DNA of 64,000 nt from a virus (Duplodnaviria > Caudoviricetes), in IMG/VR virus record IMGVR_UViG_3300035661_000005; one strand, 5' to 3'. The notes beneath the pieces were generated by a model, which ran no database searches, was not told the origin of the DNA, and was given only the letters and a program-made list of their open reading frames with translations. Positions 53,298 through 61,964 of the stretch are shown piece by piece (position 1 is the stretch's first letter; every line of letters starts with the position of its first letter). A program made the translations under genes and the position numbers.

Positions 53298-54164
53298 TCA
53301 GGGCTTGACGCAGTAAGTCCAGCAATAGAGCCCGCTGCCGGGGTTCGCCTCCCACTTGCCCGTCGCGAGGTTCAGCTGCCACCACTTGCCGAACGAGTCC
53401 GTCGAGACGGAGTTGATGCAGTCGGCCGGGCCAGGCGTCAGGGCCGGGTACTCGAAGGTCGATCCGAGCGCCCACCCGCATGTGTTCGGCAGACCCGACA
53501 TCGTGTCGTAGTGGTAGGGCAAGAGGCTGTCGATCTGAGCCTTCGTCGCCGGCTGCCACCCCGACCCGACCCAGCTCGTACACATCGCCGCCGCGTTGCT
53601 GGCCGGCTTGGTCATCGGACTGAGGGCCGGCTTGGCCGTCCAGTTGATGCCGAGCTTGGCGTCGTGGATGGCCGCGATGGCGGTGGAGGGACCGCTCGGG
53701 TTCGGGATGGTCACCGACGAGAACCTGGTCGGTGCCGTACAGGCGCAGGTCAGGGTGCCGCTGGTGGCGTTGCAGGAGAGCCCACAGGGGTCGGCCACGG
53801 CATCCCAGGCAGAGCCCGTCGTGTTGCACTTCTCCGGGACGAGTCCGTTGCAGCGGACCTCACCCGCCATGCAGGCCGGAGGCGGCTCCGTGTCGACCGT
53901 CCCGGTGTCTTTGGCGTCCGGGTCGCTGGTGTCCAGAAGGCCCGTGTCGGGCGTCTGCGTGTCCGGTTGCTGGGTGTCCGTCCCCGAATCGGCCTGGGGG
54001 GCCGTGTCGGTGGAGGTGTCGGTGGAGCCGTCGCTGGTCTCCGCGGGGCTATCGCTGGTCTCCGCGGGGTCGGCGTCGTTGGGGTTTTGCTGGGGGAACT
54101 CGAAGTTGGCGCCGGAGCACCCGACCATCAGGACGGTCAGCAGGGGGAGGCTGGAGTACTTCAT
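53298..54164 (-). CDS. Lipoprotein with D/T/P-rich linker, Cys-rich repeat and DUF1566/Lcl-like domain
   Basis: Lipobox LMVGC; C.AG..RC.G...C; IHDAKLGINW...AMC...W. Confidence 0.8.
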   Translation of the reverse strand: MKYSSLPLLTVLMVGCSGANFEFPQQNPNDADPAETSDSPAETSDGSTDTSTDTAPQADSGTDTQQPDTQTPDTGLLDTSDPDAKDTGTVDTEPPPACMAGEVRCNGLVPEKCNTTGSAWDAVADPCGLSCNATSGTLTCACTAPTRFSSVTIPNPSGPSTAIAAIHDAKLGINWTAKPALSPMTKPASNAAAMCTSWVGSGWQPATKAQIDSLLPYHYDTMSGLPNTCGWALGSTFEYPALTPGPADCINSVSTDSFGKWWQLNLATGKWEANPGSGLYCWTYCVKP

Positions 54165-54170
54165 GGCCTC

Positions 54171-54198
54171 CTTACAAGGTCAGAGTATGTCCGATCAA
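54171..54198 (-). promoter_or_regulatory. TTGATC-N16-TGTAAG promoter, ATG 6 nt downstream
   Basis: Exact spacing. Confidence 0.75.
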
Positions 54199-54236
54199 CC
54201 TGAAAATGTCCGCCTGCTTCTCCGCTGGCTGGTGTA

Positions 54237-54353
54237 GTGCCCTTTCAACCCGGCTGAAGGCCCTCGACCGGGTGTCGCAGGTAAGGAGGCAGCAACCCTC
54301 CGGGCTCGCTTCGCAAGCGTGGAGCTTCCCACCAGTGAGAAACCTAGGGGCAC
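54237..54353 (+). ncRNA. Candidate multi-branch structured RNA
   Basis: Closing stem GTGCCC/GGGCAC; inner stems CCCGG/CCGGG, AGGT/ACCT, GGAGG/CCTCC, GCTC-GCTT/AAGC-GAGC. Confidence 0.4.
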
Positions 54354-54368
54354 CATGTAGGTAAGATA

Positions 54369-55361
54369 ATGTCGAATGTGGTCACCAGTTGGGACGAGTC
54401 CGTGGACAGCACCGCCGGTCTACACACGCGGGCGACCCAGATCATGCTCCGCGCCTTCGCGGAGGAGTGCGGCCCCGAGGCGACCGCTCGGGTCTGGAAC
54501 AAGGTCCTCATCGAGTCGGCGAGGGAGGCGGCCCAGGCGGCGACGCCCTCGGCTCGCAAGCGGCTCCTGAACAACGACACCCGGGCTCGCGGGGCGCTCC
54601 GGACGGCGATCCCCGAGATGTGGGGCAGCTTCGAGATCGTCGATGGCGGGTGCCTCAAGGCCAAGGCCGCCCTGAGCAGCAAGGTGGCCGATCCGCCGAA
54701 GCCCACGGCGCCGAAGCTCACGCCGATGGAACAGAGCCTCCTCCTGGCCGCGGTCAAGGCGGGTGGCTTCACCTCCGACGCGGTCAATACGGTCAGCCTC
54801 GACGCCAACGACGCCGACCTCCTCCGCAAGGCGGCCGAGGAGTCCGAACAGGAGGCCCGGCACGACGCGGACTTCACCCGGTCGATGTGCCGCAAGGCGG
54901 ACGAGATGCTCGCCGAGTACAGCAAGCTCGTCGGCGACGCCCTCTGGTCCAAGCCGATCATCGTCGAGACCGTCACCGGCCCGGACAACAAGGTCCGCCG
55001 GATCATCTTCGTCCGCTCGGCGACGGCGCCGCTGTTCCGGACGCACGGCCCGATCGTCAAGCACGACTTCCGCGCCAACGGTAAGCCGGTCAACATCAAC
55101 CACGAGAGCGCCTACCCGCAGCTCGACGGCCTCAAGCTGATCCGGTCGAGCGTCCACGTGAAGAAGACCCATGAGTACTACGTGAAAGGTCTCAAGTACC
55201 AGGACGGCATGTACTTCAAGGGCTACTTCGTGGTCGACGGCCAGGAGATGGAGCATCTCGCCCGTTACTACCAGGTCCGGGGCAACATGGTCTTCGCGAT
55301 CACCCAGCAGGAGTACCAGGATCTGGTGAACCGCGTGGCCGGGGGCTACGACAAGACCTGA
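54369..55361 (+). CDS. Hypothetical protein
   Basis: Very strong codon bias. Confidence 0.85.
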   Translation: MSNVVTSWDESVDSTAGLHTRATQIMLRAFAEECGPEATARVWNKVLIESAREAAQAATPSARKRLLNNDTRARGALRTAIPEMWGSFEIVDGGCLKAKAALSSKVADPPKPTAPKLTPMEQSLLLAAVKAGGFTSDAVNTVSLDANDADLLRKAAEESEQEARHDADFTRSMCRKADEMLAEYSKLVGDALWSKPIIVETVTGPDNKVRRIIFVRSATAPLFRTHGPIVKHDFRANGKPVNINHESAYPQLDGLKLIRSSVHVKKTHEYYVKGLKYQDGMYFKGYFVVDGQEMEHLARYYQVRGNMVFAITQQEYQDLVNRVAGGYDKT

Positions 55362-55380
55362 TCCGGTGTACTGGGTCGAG

Positions 55381-55485
55381 GTGAACACCCTCGACCATCA
55401 GCTCGTTCGAGCTACCCGCAAACAGAAGCGGAAGCCTGCGGACACGTGGGAACGCCTCCTGGCTGACGACCTGGGGAGCCTGTAA
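55381..55485 (+). CDS. 34-aa peptide ending DTWERLLADDLGSL
   Basis: Translated manually; CGGTGTAC element and GAG SD upstream; carries the acidic tag. Confidence 0.6.
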   Translation: MNTLDHQLVRATRKQKRKPADTWERLLADDLGSL

Positions 55486-55625
55486 GACGCCCCCGTGCGG
55501 GCAGAAGTACCGGACGGCCCGGTGCCATTCATCCGGGAGGGCCGGATCGAATTCCTGGACGACTCTGAGCACAAGCTAGCGGATCAGACGGTCGATCTGC
55601 CCGAGGTCGGTGTAGAATCGAGGGC

Positions 55626-55889
55626 TTGAGCGTCAAGCCCTGGCCCCGTGAGCCCCGCACCGTCGACTGCTTCTCGGGGGCGACCTACCCGCCCGGGGAG
55701 CCTCTGCGGGACACGCCGGGCACCTTATCCAACGTCCGAACGTACGAGAACCCATGGCCGAGTCCACCGGCCCTCTGCAAGCACGGGGAGGGCTCGTGTG
55801 AGGCTTGCGGTACGACGGTCCGCCGGGACACCCTGCACACGACTGAGGGCGGCCGTGGGGCCGTTGGGCGGATCCTCAAGCGGAAGTGA
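55626..55889 (+). CDS. Small Cys-containing protein
   Basis: CKHG.GSCEACG; CGGTGTAGA upstream. Confidence 0.55.
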   Translation: MSVKPWPREPRTVDCFSGATYPPGEPLRDTPGTLSNVRTYENPWPSPPALCKHGEGSCEACGTTVRRDTLHTTEGGRGAVGRILKRK

Positions 55890-55929
55890 CCCGCGAGGAC
55901 GAAGGCTTCGATAAGTAGCGAGGTGTAGG

Positions 55930-56097
55930 ATGAAGATCGAGCCCGGTCAGATGTGCATGAACTGCTCGGATAGGCCCGCCACGGTGGCGCAGGGCACGGT
56001 CCCCCTCTGTGCCGAGTGCGCGGGGGTGGCGGACGGGCGGGGGGTCAAACTCCGGAAGACGAAGCATCCGAAGCCTGACCTCGTGAAGTGCGACTAG
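55930..56097 (+). CDS. 55-aa Zn-finger protein
   Basis: Translated manually: CMNC...LCAECA. Confidence 0.6.
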   Translation: MKIEPGQMCMNCSDRPATVAQGTVPLCAECAGVADGRGVKLRKTKHPKPDLVKCD

Positions 56098-56288
56098 GCG
56101 GTGCTTGCCACTGCCGCCAGGATCCGCTTCGGCAGCTCGCGCATGAAGGCGCGACGGGCGGCCGAGAGGAACTGACGGTTCCTCTTCGAGTAGCCGCGCT
56201 CGTTCAGGTTGTCCGGGATCCAGCCGCAGAGACCACACGTCTCGGTCGCCGTCGTCTGTCCGCAACAGGGGCAAATGGGCATGCTCAT
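56094..56288 (-). CDS. Zn-ribbon protein
   Basis: CPCCG...CGLCG; GGAGG SD. Confidence 0.65.
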   Translation of the reverse strand: MSMPICPCCGQTTATETCGLCGWIPDNLNERGYSKRNRQFLSAARRAFMRELPKRILAAVASTA

Positions 56289-56324
56289 CCGACGTTCCCT
56301 CCTGACAAAGGACGACGGTTCGGA

Positions 56325-56717
56325 TCAACCGTCGTCCTTCGTGAGTCGTTCGAAGTCCGTCTGCGGGGGAGGTTCCGCCTCCGGAGCCGGTGGGGCGGTC
56401 TTCTCGATGACCTTGAAGTGGGGTATGGGAGTGGGCTGGAAGGTCAGCCCGACCGTCTCCTGCAACATCCTCTCTGCAACCTGTCGCTGTACCGCGTGCG
56501 CATCTCGAATCGCCTGGACGGCGTTCATGAGCGAACGGTTGAGGTCGAGCTGGTTCCGCACCGCCAGCTCAAGCCGCTCGACCCGGTTCGCGAGCTGCGT
56601 CACCCGGTTCGGCATGTGATCTGGCATCACGGCGCGGCTACGCCACACCCAGTACGAAATGAGACCGTAACAGGCGAGCAGGGTGGCGTTGATGATCACC
56701 GAGGCGGTGGGGCTCAC
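56325..56717 (-). CDS. Membrane-anchored coiled-coil protein with acidic tag
   Basis: N-terminal TM; ends TDFERLTKDDG. Confidence 0.7.
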   Translation of the reverse strand: MSPTASVIINATLLACYGLISYWVWRSRAVMPDHMPNRVTQLANRVERLELAVRNQLDLNRSLMNAVQAIRDAHAVQRQVAERMLQETVGLTFQPTPIPHFKVIEKTAPPAPEAEPPPQTDFERLTKDDG

Positions 56718-56820
56718 GGTTCCCTTCTACACCGTTGATCGCCGGTCTGGTGCCTTGTAGAAAGGGCATGGGCGTCTACCTCTAGAGCTGGATCCGCTTG
56801 CGCTGGTGTAAGGGACAGGC

Positions 56821-57402
56821 GTGCTGATCGACCTTTCACGCAAGCCGATTCTCGTCATTCCGCACGAAAGCCCAGGACATCTCGTGGTTCGGACCATCGG
56901 GAACGCCGAGGTCACGGGCCTTGTCTCCAGGCTCTACGAAGCGGACAGCCGCTGGACCAAGGCCCTGATGCAGGTGGTCGATCCCGGGGGCACCTTCAAC
57001 CGGGGCGCGCTCACCTGCTACGAGACCCGCGTCCCTTGCGAGGTCCCCTTCAACCGGGACGCCGCCAGCAGCGCCGAGCAACCGATCCTCCCGAACCCCT
57101 ACGAGGTGGCTACTGTTTTCGTAGACGCGGTCACCAAGTTTCATGGCCTGTGGCGGATCGCGATCCAGATGGAGCCGTGCCGCAACAAGAACGGGCACAT
57201 CTACGAGTGGGTCTGTACTTGCACCCATATCGGGGCGCAGGTGGGGACACCGCTCGTGTCCTGCGTCTTGAGGGACCTGGAGACGCTCGGCTTCAGGGAG
57301 ACGCCGAAGAAGGAAATCTTCCCTATCAACCGGCATCTCAAGCAGACGGCAGAGGGCGGTCAACCCGAGACGGACTGGGATCGTCTCAAGAGCGACGAGT
57401 GA
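56821..57402 (+). CDS. Hypothetical protein with acidic tag
   Basis: Ends ETDWDRLKSDE. Confidence 0.8.
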   Translation: MLIDLSRKPILVIPHESPGHLVVRTIGNAEVTGLVSRLYEADSRWTKALMQVVDPGGTFNRGALTCYETRVPCEVPFNRDAASSAEQPILPNPYEVATVFVDAVTKFHGLWRIAIQMEPCRNKNGHIYEWVCTCTHIGAQVGTPLVSCVLRDLETLGFRETPKKEIFPINRHLKQTAEGGQPETDWDRLKSDE

Positions 57403-57439
57403 AGCGCGTGATCCTGACTTCGAAAAACTCCCGAAGAAC

Positions 57440-57691
57440 ATGACCCCCGAAACGCTCAAGCTGATGATCGAGCGCACGGAGGCCAGTCGGACGTACAAGG
57501 AGGCGATGCGGACCGCGTACTACACGAGCGTGATCAGCTTGATCTGGCTGTGGTTCGGTACGACGACGGGCCAGATCGTCATCGCTATCGTGGGGTCTCT
57601 TGTTCTGCAGGCGGCGGGCTGGCGGTACTGGCGTCTGAATCGCCATCTGACGGAGCTGACGGGCGAGACTGACGAACCAGGTCGCTGGTGA
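57440..57691 (+). CDS. Small two-TM membrane protein
   Basis: Two hydrophobic segments. Confidence 0.6.
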   Translation: MTPETLKLMIERTEASRTYKEAMRTAYYTSVISLIWLWFGTTTGQIVIAIVGSLVLQAAGWRYWRLNRHLTELTGETDEPGRW

Positions 57692-58277
57692 CCTGATCGA
57701 GAACGCGCTGGCTCGACTCAGCCAAGGGGGTCGGGCTTGCCAGCTCGGAGGCGAGCCGGTCGATCATCGCCTGGGTCGGCGCGACCTTGTCGGCGTCATC
57801 CACGTAAGGCGGGAGGGGGAACGGCGTGCCACCCGTTTTGAGGACGTGGATGCGGAGGACGCGGGAGCCCTTCTCGTTGTGCGGGGGGAAGACGAGGGAG
57901 GCGGTGAGGCCAATGCGCTCCATGAGCACGCGGAGGCCCTTCGCCTCTTTCGGGTCACCGTCCGGCCAGCCTTTGTCTCTGGGCCACACGCGGCCATCCC
58001 AGCCGAGCGAAGCGAGAACGGTCAGGGCATCGCCCATGGTCCGCTCGTTGAGCGGGATGGCCCAGTCCATCGATCCCGAGTGCTCGTCCACGTAGGACTT
58101 GAGCAGGATCCCCTGGATGAAGAGCTTGCCCTGGATGATGTACCCGAGGAGGGGCAGGAGGCGGTAGATGCTCGCCTGCATCACGGCCTTCCCGATCACG
58201 GTCCCGTAGGCGCGATCGGACTCCGGGGTGTTCCGTTGGTAGTCCTTGATCGCCTTCTCGATCTTCTTCGTGATCAT
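57585..58277 (-). CDS. Hypothetical protein
   Basis: Codon bias; 3' end overlaps the convergent gene. Confidence 0.75.
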   Translation of the reverse strand: MITKKIEKAIKDYQRNTPESDRAYGTVIGKAVMQASIYRLLPLLGYIIQGKLFIQGILLKSYVDEHSGSMDWAIPLNERTMGDALTVLASLGWDGRVWPRDKGWPDGDPKEAKGLRVLMERIGLTASLVFPPHNEKGSRVLRIHVLKTGGTPFPLPPYVDDADKVAPTQAMIDRLASELASPTPLAESSQRVLDQVTSDLVRQSRPSAPSDGDSDASTASPPPAEQETPR

Positions 58278-58280
58278 CTT

Positions 58281-58562
58281 TCATCTCCTTGCGCGGCGTA
58301 CGGCTTCGTCGAATCGAGAGTCCTTCTCGCGGCGCCGTATCAGCCGCACCTCTCGCTGGTCGTAGAATTCCTCATCTTCGTCCTCGATGTCCACGACGAC
58401 CGGCGGAGGGTCGTACCTCTCCGAGGCGGGGTCACCATCGAACGGGGACCACCCGAGAAGGCGGTCGAAAGCAGACGGGATCCGCTTCCGTCCCAGCTCC
58501 TTCTTCTTGGCCTTTTCCATCGCCTTGCGCTCGATGACCCGGTGGTCCGTGTTGTCGATCAC
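58281..58562 (-). CDS. Hypothetical charged protein
   Basis: Internal PSAFDRLLG; GGAG SD to the next gene. Confidence 0.7.
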   Translation of the reverse strand: MIDNTDHRVIERKAMEKAKKKELGRKRIPSAFDRLLGWSPFDGDPASERYDPPPVVVDIEDEDEEFYDQREVRLIRRREKDSRFDEAVRRARR

Positions 58563-59032
58563 GGTGGCGTACTGCCAGTACTCGCCCCCTCAAGGCATTT
58601 AGGGCAGGTGACCTTCCCGCCAGCCTGCAGCCGATCCAGGAAGAAGTCATCCCTGCATGGGGAGTAGGCGCTGGCCCCCTCGACCCCATTGACGACGTGA
58701 ACCAGGCCGTCCTTGATGGCGGTGGCGATGGGCTTGTCGACCCGCTCCAGGATGAGGACCCCCTGTCCGGCCTTGGCGCGGTCCAGCGTCACGAGGGGGT
58801 AGACGTAGGTCTCGTAGCGGGGGCGCTCGCCGAAAGACCACATCTCGTACCCCAGCTCGTAGACGGGGACCTTGTCGGGAATGTGTGGGGAACCCGAGCC
58901 CGAGGTCAGTCGTATGTAGTCTGGCGGGCCGTACCGACCGGGGAGCAACGCCGCAACCCGGGACGACCGCTCGAAAACCGTCGATGTCCCCTCCAGGCGG
59001 AGCACTATCTGGTAGAGGGGTCGATTGCGCAT
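58559..59032 (-). CDS. Hypothetical protein
   Basis: C-terminal VTCPKC; TGGTGTAAA upstream. Confidence 0.6.
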   Translation of the reverse strand: MRNRPLYQIVLRLEGTSTVFERSSRVAALLPGRYGPPDYIRLTSGSGSPHIPDKVPVYELGYEMWSFGERPRYETYVYPLVTLDRAKAGQGVLILERVDKPIATAIKDGLVHVVNGVEGASAYSPCRDDFFLDRLQAGGKVTCPKCLEGASTGSTPP

Positions 59033-59062
59033 GGAACCAATGGGGCTTTACACCAAGCCCGG

Positions 59063-59090
59063 TTGATCTGGGAGCCCCCCGACCTGTAGA
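59063..59090 (+). promoter_or_regulatory. TTGATC-N16-TGTAGA promoter, ATG 6 nt downstream
   Basis: Exact motif. Confidence 0.8.
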
Positions 59091-59096
59091 GAAGCT

Positions 59097-59264
59097 ATGA
59101 CGACCGAGCGCCCCTACGTCAGCAGTGACGAGCAGATCGGTGCCGAGATCGAGGCCGAGATCCAGGAGATGGCGGCCGAGGTCCGCGCCCAGGAGGCGTA
59201 CGAGGCCGCGAAGGCTGCCGAGCAGGAGCGCATGGCCGCCGAAGCGAACACCGCCCTCAAATAA
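59097..59264 (+). CDS. 55-aa acidic helical protein
   Basis: Translated manually (MTTERPYVSSDEQIGAEIEAEIQE...); leaderless promoter. Confidence 0.75.
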   Translation: MTTERPYVSSDEQIGAEIEAEIQEMAAEVRAQEAYEAAKAAEQERMAAEANTALK

Positions 59265-59559
59265 CCGGCTTGCGGGGCGGGGGCTTAAGAGGCTCGGGTT
59301 TGCCGAGGAAGTCTTGCCCCATGAGGCTACGATCCTTGATGGCGACCGGCTTGGCGGCCGGTCGCTCCTTGTCGAGGTCGTGTTTGTCGTAGATTTGGTC
59401 AGCCCAGGTCCGCTGCTTCGGCGAGAGTCCGGCGACGTTGCCCGAGGCGACCCGATCGTACATCGCCTGGAAGCTGGACCTCTCCGAAGGCGTGAGCATC
59501 CCGTCGGGGAGGCTCAACAAGGCCCGGAGCACTTGGAGGTCGGTCTTCTTCTTGGGCAT
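59257..59559 (-). CDS. Small protein with LSPKQ module
   Basis: SFQAMYDRVASG...LSPKQRTWADQIY. Confidence 0.7.
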   Translation of the reverse strand: MPKKKTDLQVLRALLSLPDGMLTPSERSSFQAMYDRVASGNVAGLSPKQRTWADQIYDKHDLDKERPAAKPVAIKDRSLMGQDFLGKPEPLKPPPRKPVI

Positions 59560-59684
59560 CACATCACCGGAAGGACAGGTTGAGGTTCGTTCGGATCGTT
59601 TCGCTGCGCAGGATCTCATGCAGCCCTGAATCGGTCACGCGATCGTCTACACCGGAGGGGCTGCCCTCGGTGTAAGAGATCTCT

Positions 59685-60941
59685 GTGGGCTACCTAAACC
59701 CCCCGCTGAGCCCGACCAGCTTCCTGCTCTGGCTCGGGGACACCAGGATCAAGTCTTGGACATGGAAGCACACCCATGTCAACCGAACGGAGGAACCCGT
59801 GACCCAACCCGTGACGCCAATGCCGGTGAAAGAGCCGGAAGTACCAAACCTCCTGCTGGAGGCGTTCAACCGCAAGATCGAAGAGGATGTTCGGCCGACG
59901 CTGACCCTCCTGGAGACAATTCGAGATCAGCTCGCGACCTATGAGGCCAAGGTCAAAGAGGATGCGAAGCAGAAGGCCCTCGGAGCGATGCTCGCGGCCA
60001 TCGGCCAGCCGATCAAGACGGCGGCTCCGTCCACAGAGGTCGAGAAGGGCTTGCGGTCGAGCATCTTCTCGCTCCTCGAACAGCTGGGTGGTGCGCCCCC
60101 TCTCGTAGAGGCCGTCTCGGACAAGGCTGAGGCCGAGACGGTCCGTGCGGATGTCAGCCCGGAAGAGGATCAGAGGCAAGCCGACCCCGACCTTCTCAGC
60201 GAGGAGCTGGATGCCCAGCTGTACCTCGAAGAGATCGATCGGTTCGGTCAGGAGGCCCACCAGCTCGTCAAGGCGCGTGCCGAGTGTGAGCTGCAGTGGC
60301 TCGTGGCTTCGGTACGGTTGACGATGTGTCGGCTTCCCGTGCAGAACGAGTACTACGGCAAGCTCTCGAATGCGATCCCCATCCTGTCCGCCATCCGGCG
60401 CCAGATCGGGGTCACGGACTTCACGAAGGGGCTGGCTCAGGGGCAGACGTTCCCCTGGGAGCAGATCATCCGTGATAGCGCCCAGGCGATGGCCAAGTTC
60501 GACGCCATCGCCGAACTTGGCCACGAGCCGAAGCCGAAACCGAAGACGCAGGGCACCCAGGGACAAGCGGAACCCACGAGCTACGCGTGGCCGAAGCTCC
60601 CCTCGCTCCGCTCCAAGCTGCAGGGTAAGACGTTCGCCATTGTCGGGGGCATCGCGGTCAACGAGAAGACCGCGCTCATCAAGAAGCGCTTCGGCTTCGA
60701 CGTGGAGTGGCTGGAGATCGACCAGGGGGCCGCCCGGCAGACCGACGCCATCTCACGGAAGATCCGCAGCGGCACGGTCGGGGCCGTGATTCTGCTGGAG
60801 TCCTTCATGCCGCACAAGGCCACGTCGGCCGTCTCCGACGCGTGCAACGCGGCCCACGTGCCCTGGGTTTACGGTGGTCGTTGCGGCGTCGGAGCGATCG
60901 AGGGTGCGCTCAACAGCCTGGAGGACAAGCTGGCGAGCTAG
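59685..60941 (+). CDS. Protein with C-terminal DUF2325-like domain (start uncertain)
   Basis: FAIVGG, VILLESFMPHK, ACNAAHVPWV..GRCG. Confidence 0.75.
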   Translation: MGYLNPPLSPTSFLLWLGDTRIKSWTWKHTHVNRTEEPVTQPVTPMPVKEPEVPNLLLEAFNRKIEEDVRPTLTLLETIRDQLATYEAKVKEDAKQKALGAMLAAIGQPIKTAAPSTEVEKGLRSSIFSLLEQLGGAPPLVEAVSDKAEAETVRADVSPEEDQRQADPDLLSEELDAQLYLEEIDRFGQEAHQLVKARAECELQWLVASVRLTMCRLPVQNEYYGKLSNAIPILSAIRRQIGVTDFTKGLAQGQTFPWEQIIRDSAQAMAKFDAIAELGHEPKPKPKTQGTQGQAEPTSYAWPKLPSLRSKLQGKTFAIVGGIAVNEKTALIKKRFGFDVEWLEIDQGAARQTDAISRKIRSGTVGAVILLESFMPHKATSAVSDACNAAHVPWVYGGRCGVGAIEGALNSLEDKLAS

Positions 60942-61630
60942 TCGTCCAATGCGAAGCCTCGGGTGAGGATGCGCATCGACTTCACCGAGGGGGCCTTTTT
61001 GCGGCGATCCTTGAGGAGCGGCGCCGGCCATCGGCCTGGGACCGCCTCCTCGAAGAGTGACGGGGGCTGTTTCAAGTTGGCTACCCCCTCCGTGAAGGCC
61101 ATTCGTGCCCACACGTCCCCATCAAGAACGGCGATCCCGGCCAGGTACTCCTGCTCCACCTTGATGGCGGCCTCGTGGATCGCCTCTGCCTCCTGGAGGG
61201 TTCGCTTGCGGAGGTGGATCTTGTTCCGCCCGCCGGGGATGACCCCAGAGAGGACGATGATCCGGTCGTAGACGGGACTCGTGTCGAGGCTGAAGATCGC
61301 CGGGTCCTGCTTGATATTGAATCGCTTGGCCGTGGTCAGGGTGGCCCCCACAGCCATCGCAGCGGCCCTCTGTGCGTCCCATGTCGTTTCGTCCACCCCT
61401 CGGGGCACCCGGGGAGTCCCATCCAACCTAGCGCCGACAGTGCCGTAGCAATTGTAGCGATCGCAGGCGTAGAAGCGGCCGAAGCGGCCCCTCTCCAGGT
61501 GCGTAGGGCCGCCACAGTCGGGGCACGCGACGACGCCTTGGTAGGTCACCGGCGTGTTGTTCATCTGCCGCCGGATGACGTTCCACCACTTCGTCGAGTA
61601 CTGCCGTTCTACTGTGACGGCTCCGGGCAT
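60938..61630 (-). CDS. Protein with topoisomerase-type C4 Zn finger (DUF3268-like)
   Basis: CPDCGG...GRFGRFYACDRYNC.GTVGA..DGTP. Confidence 0.7.
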   Translation of the reverse strand: MPGAVTVERQYSTKWWNVIRRQMNNTPVTYQGVVACPDCGGPTHLERGRFGRFYACDRYNCYGTVGARLDGTPRVPRGVDETTWDAQRAAAMAVGATLTTAKRFNIKQDPAIFSLDTSPVYDRIIVLSGVIPGGRNKIHLRKRTLQEAEAIHEAAIKVEQEYLAGIAVLDGDVWARMAFTEGVANLKQPPSLFEEAVPGRWPAPLLKDRRKKAPSVKSMRILTRGFALDD

Positions 61631-61750
61631 GGTTCCTCGACCCGGGTGATGGTCGGCAGGGGCGTTCCACTGATCTGCCGTGGATGACTCCGAGCACGGT
61701 CCTTATCCATGCCCCGTCTACAGGATGAGTCACGGCTGGATCGATAAGAC

Positions 61751-61776
61751 CAAAGCCCCGCGCGAGCGGGGCTTTG
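61751..61776. terminator. Bidirectional intrinsic terminator
   Basis: CAAAGCCCCG/CGGGGCTTTG 10-bp stem. Confidence 0.8.
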
Positions 61777-61796
61777 CATGCTGTCCGGCGACCCGG

Positions 61797-61904
61797 TCAG
61801 CTCTTCGCCGCCGACTTCTTGGCAGCGGTCTTCGCGGGAGCCTTCTTCGCAGCGGGAGCCTTCTTCGCAGCGGACTTCTTCGCGGGAGCCTTCTTCGTGG
61901 CCAT
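61797..61904 (-). CDS. 35-aa Ala/Lys histone-like miniprotein MATKKAPAKKSAAKK...
   Basis: Perfect SD AAAGGAGGTG, own promoter and terminator; below the ORF-track cutoff. Confidence 0.85.
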   Translation of the reverse strand: MATKKAPAKKSAAKKAPAAKKAPAKTAAKKSAAKS

Positions 61905-61932
61905 GTGGAATCACCTCCTTTCGATCTGGTTT

Positions 61933-61960
61933 TCTACACCGGGTGTGGAGAACCTGTAAA
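61933..61960 (-). promoter_or_regulatory. TTTACA-N16-TGTAGA promoter
   Basis: Same spacing and -10 as the TTGATC class, with a sigma70-like -35. Confidence 0.7.
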
Positions 61961-61964
61961 GCGT

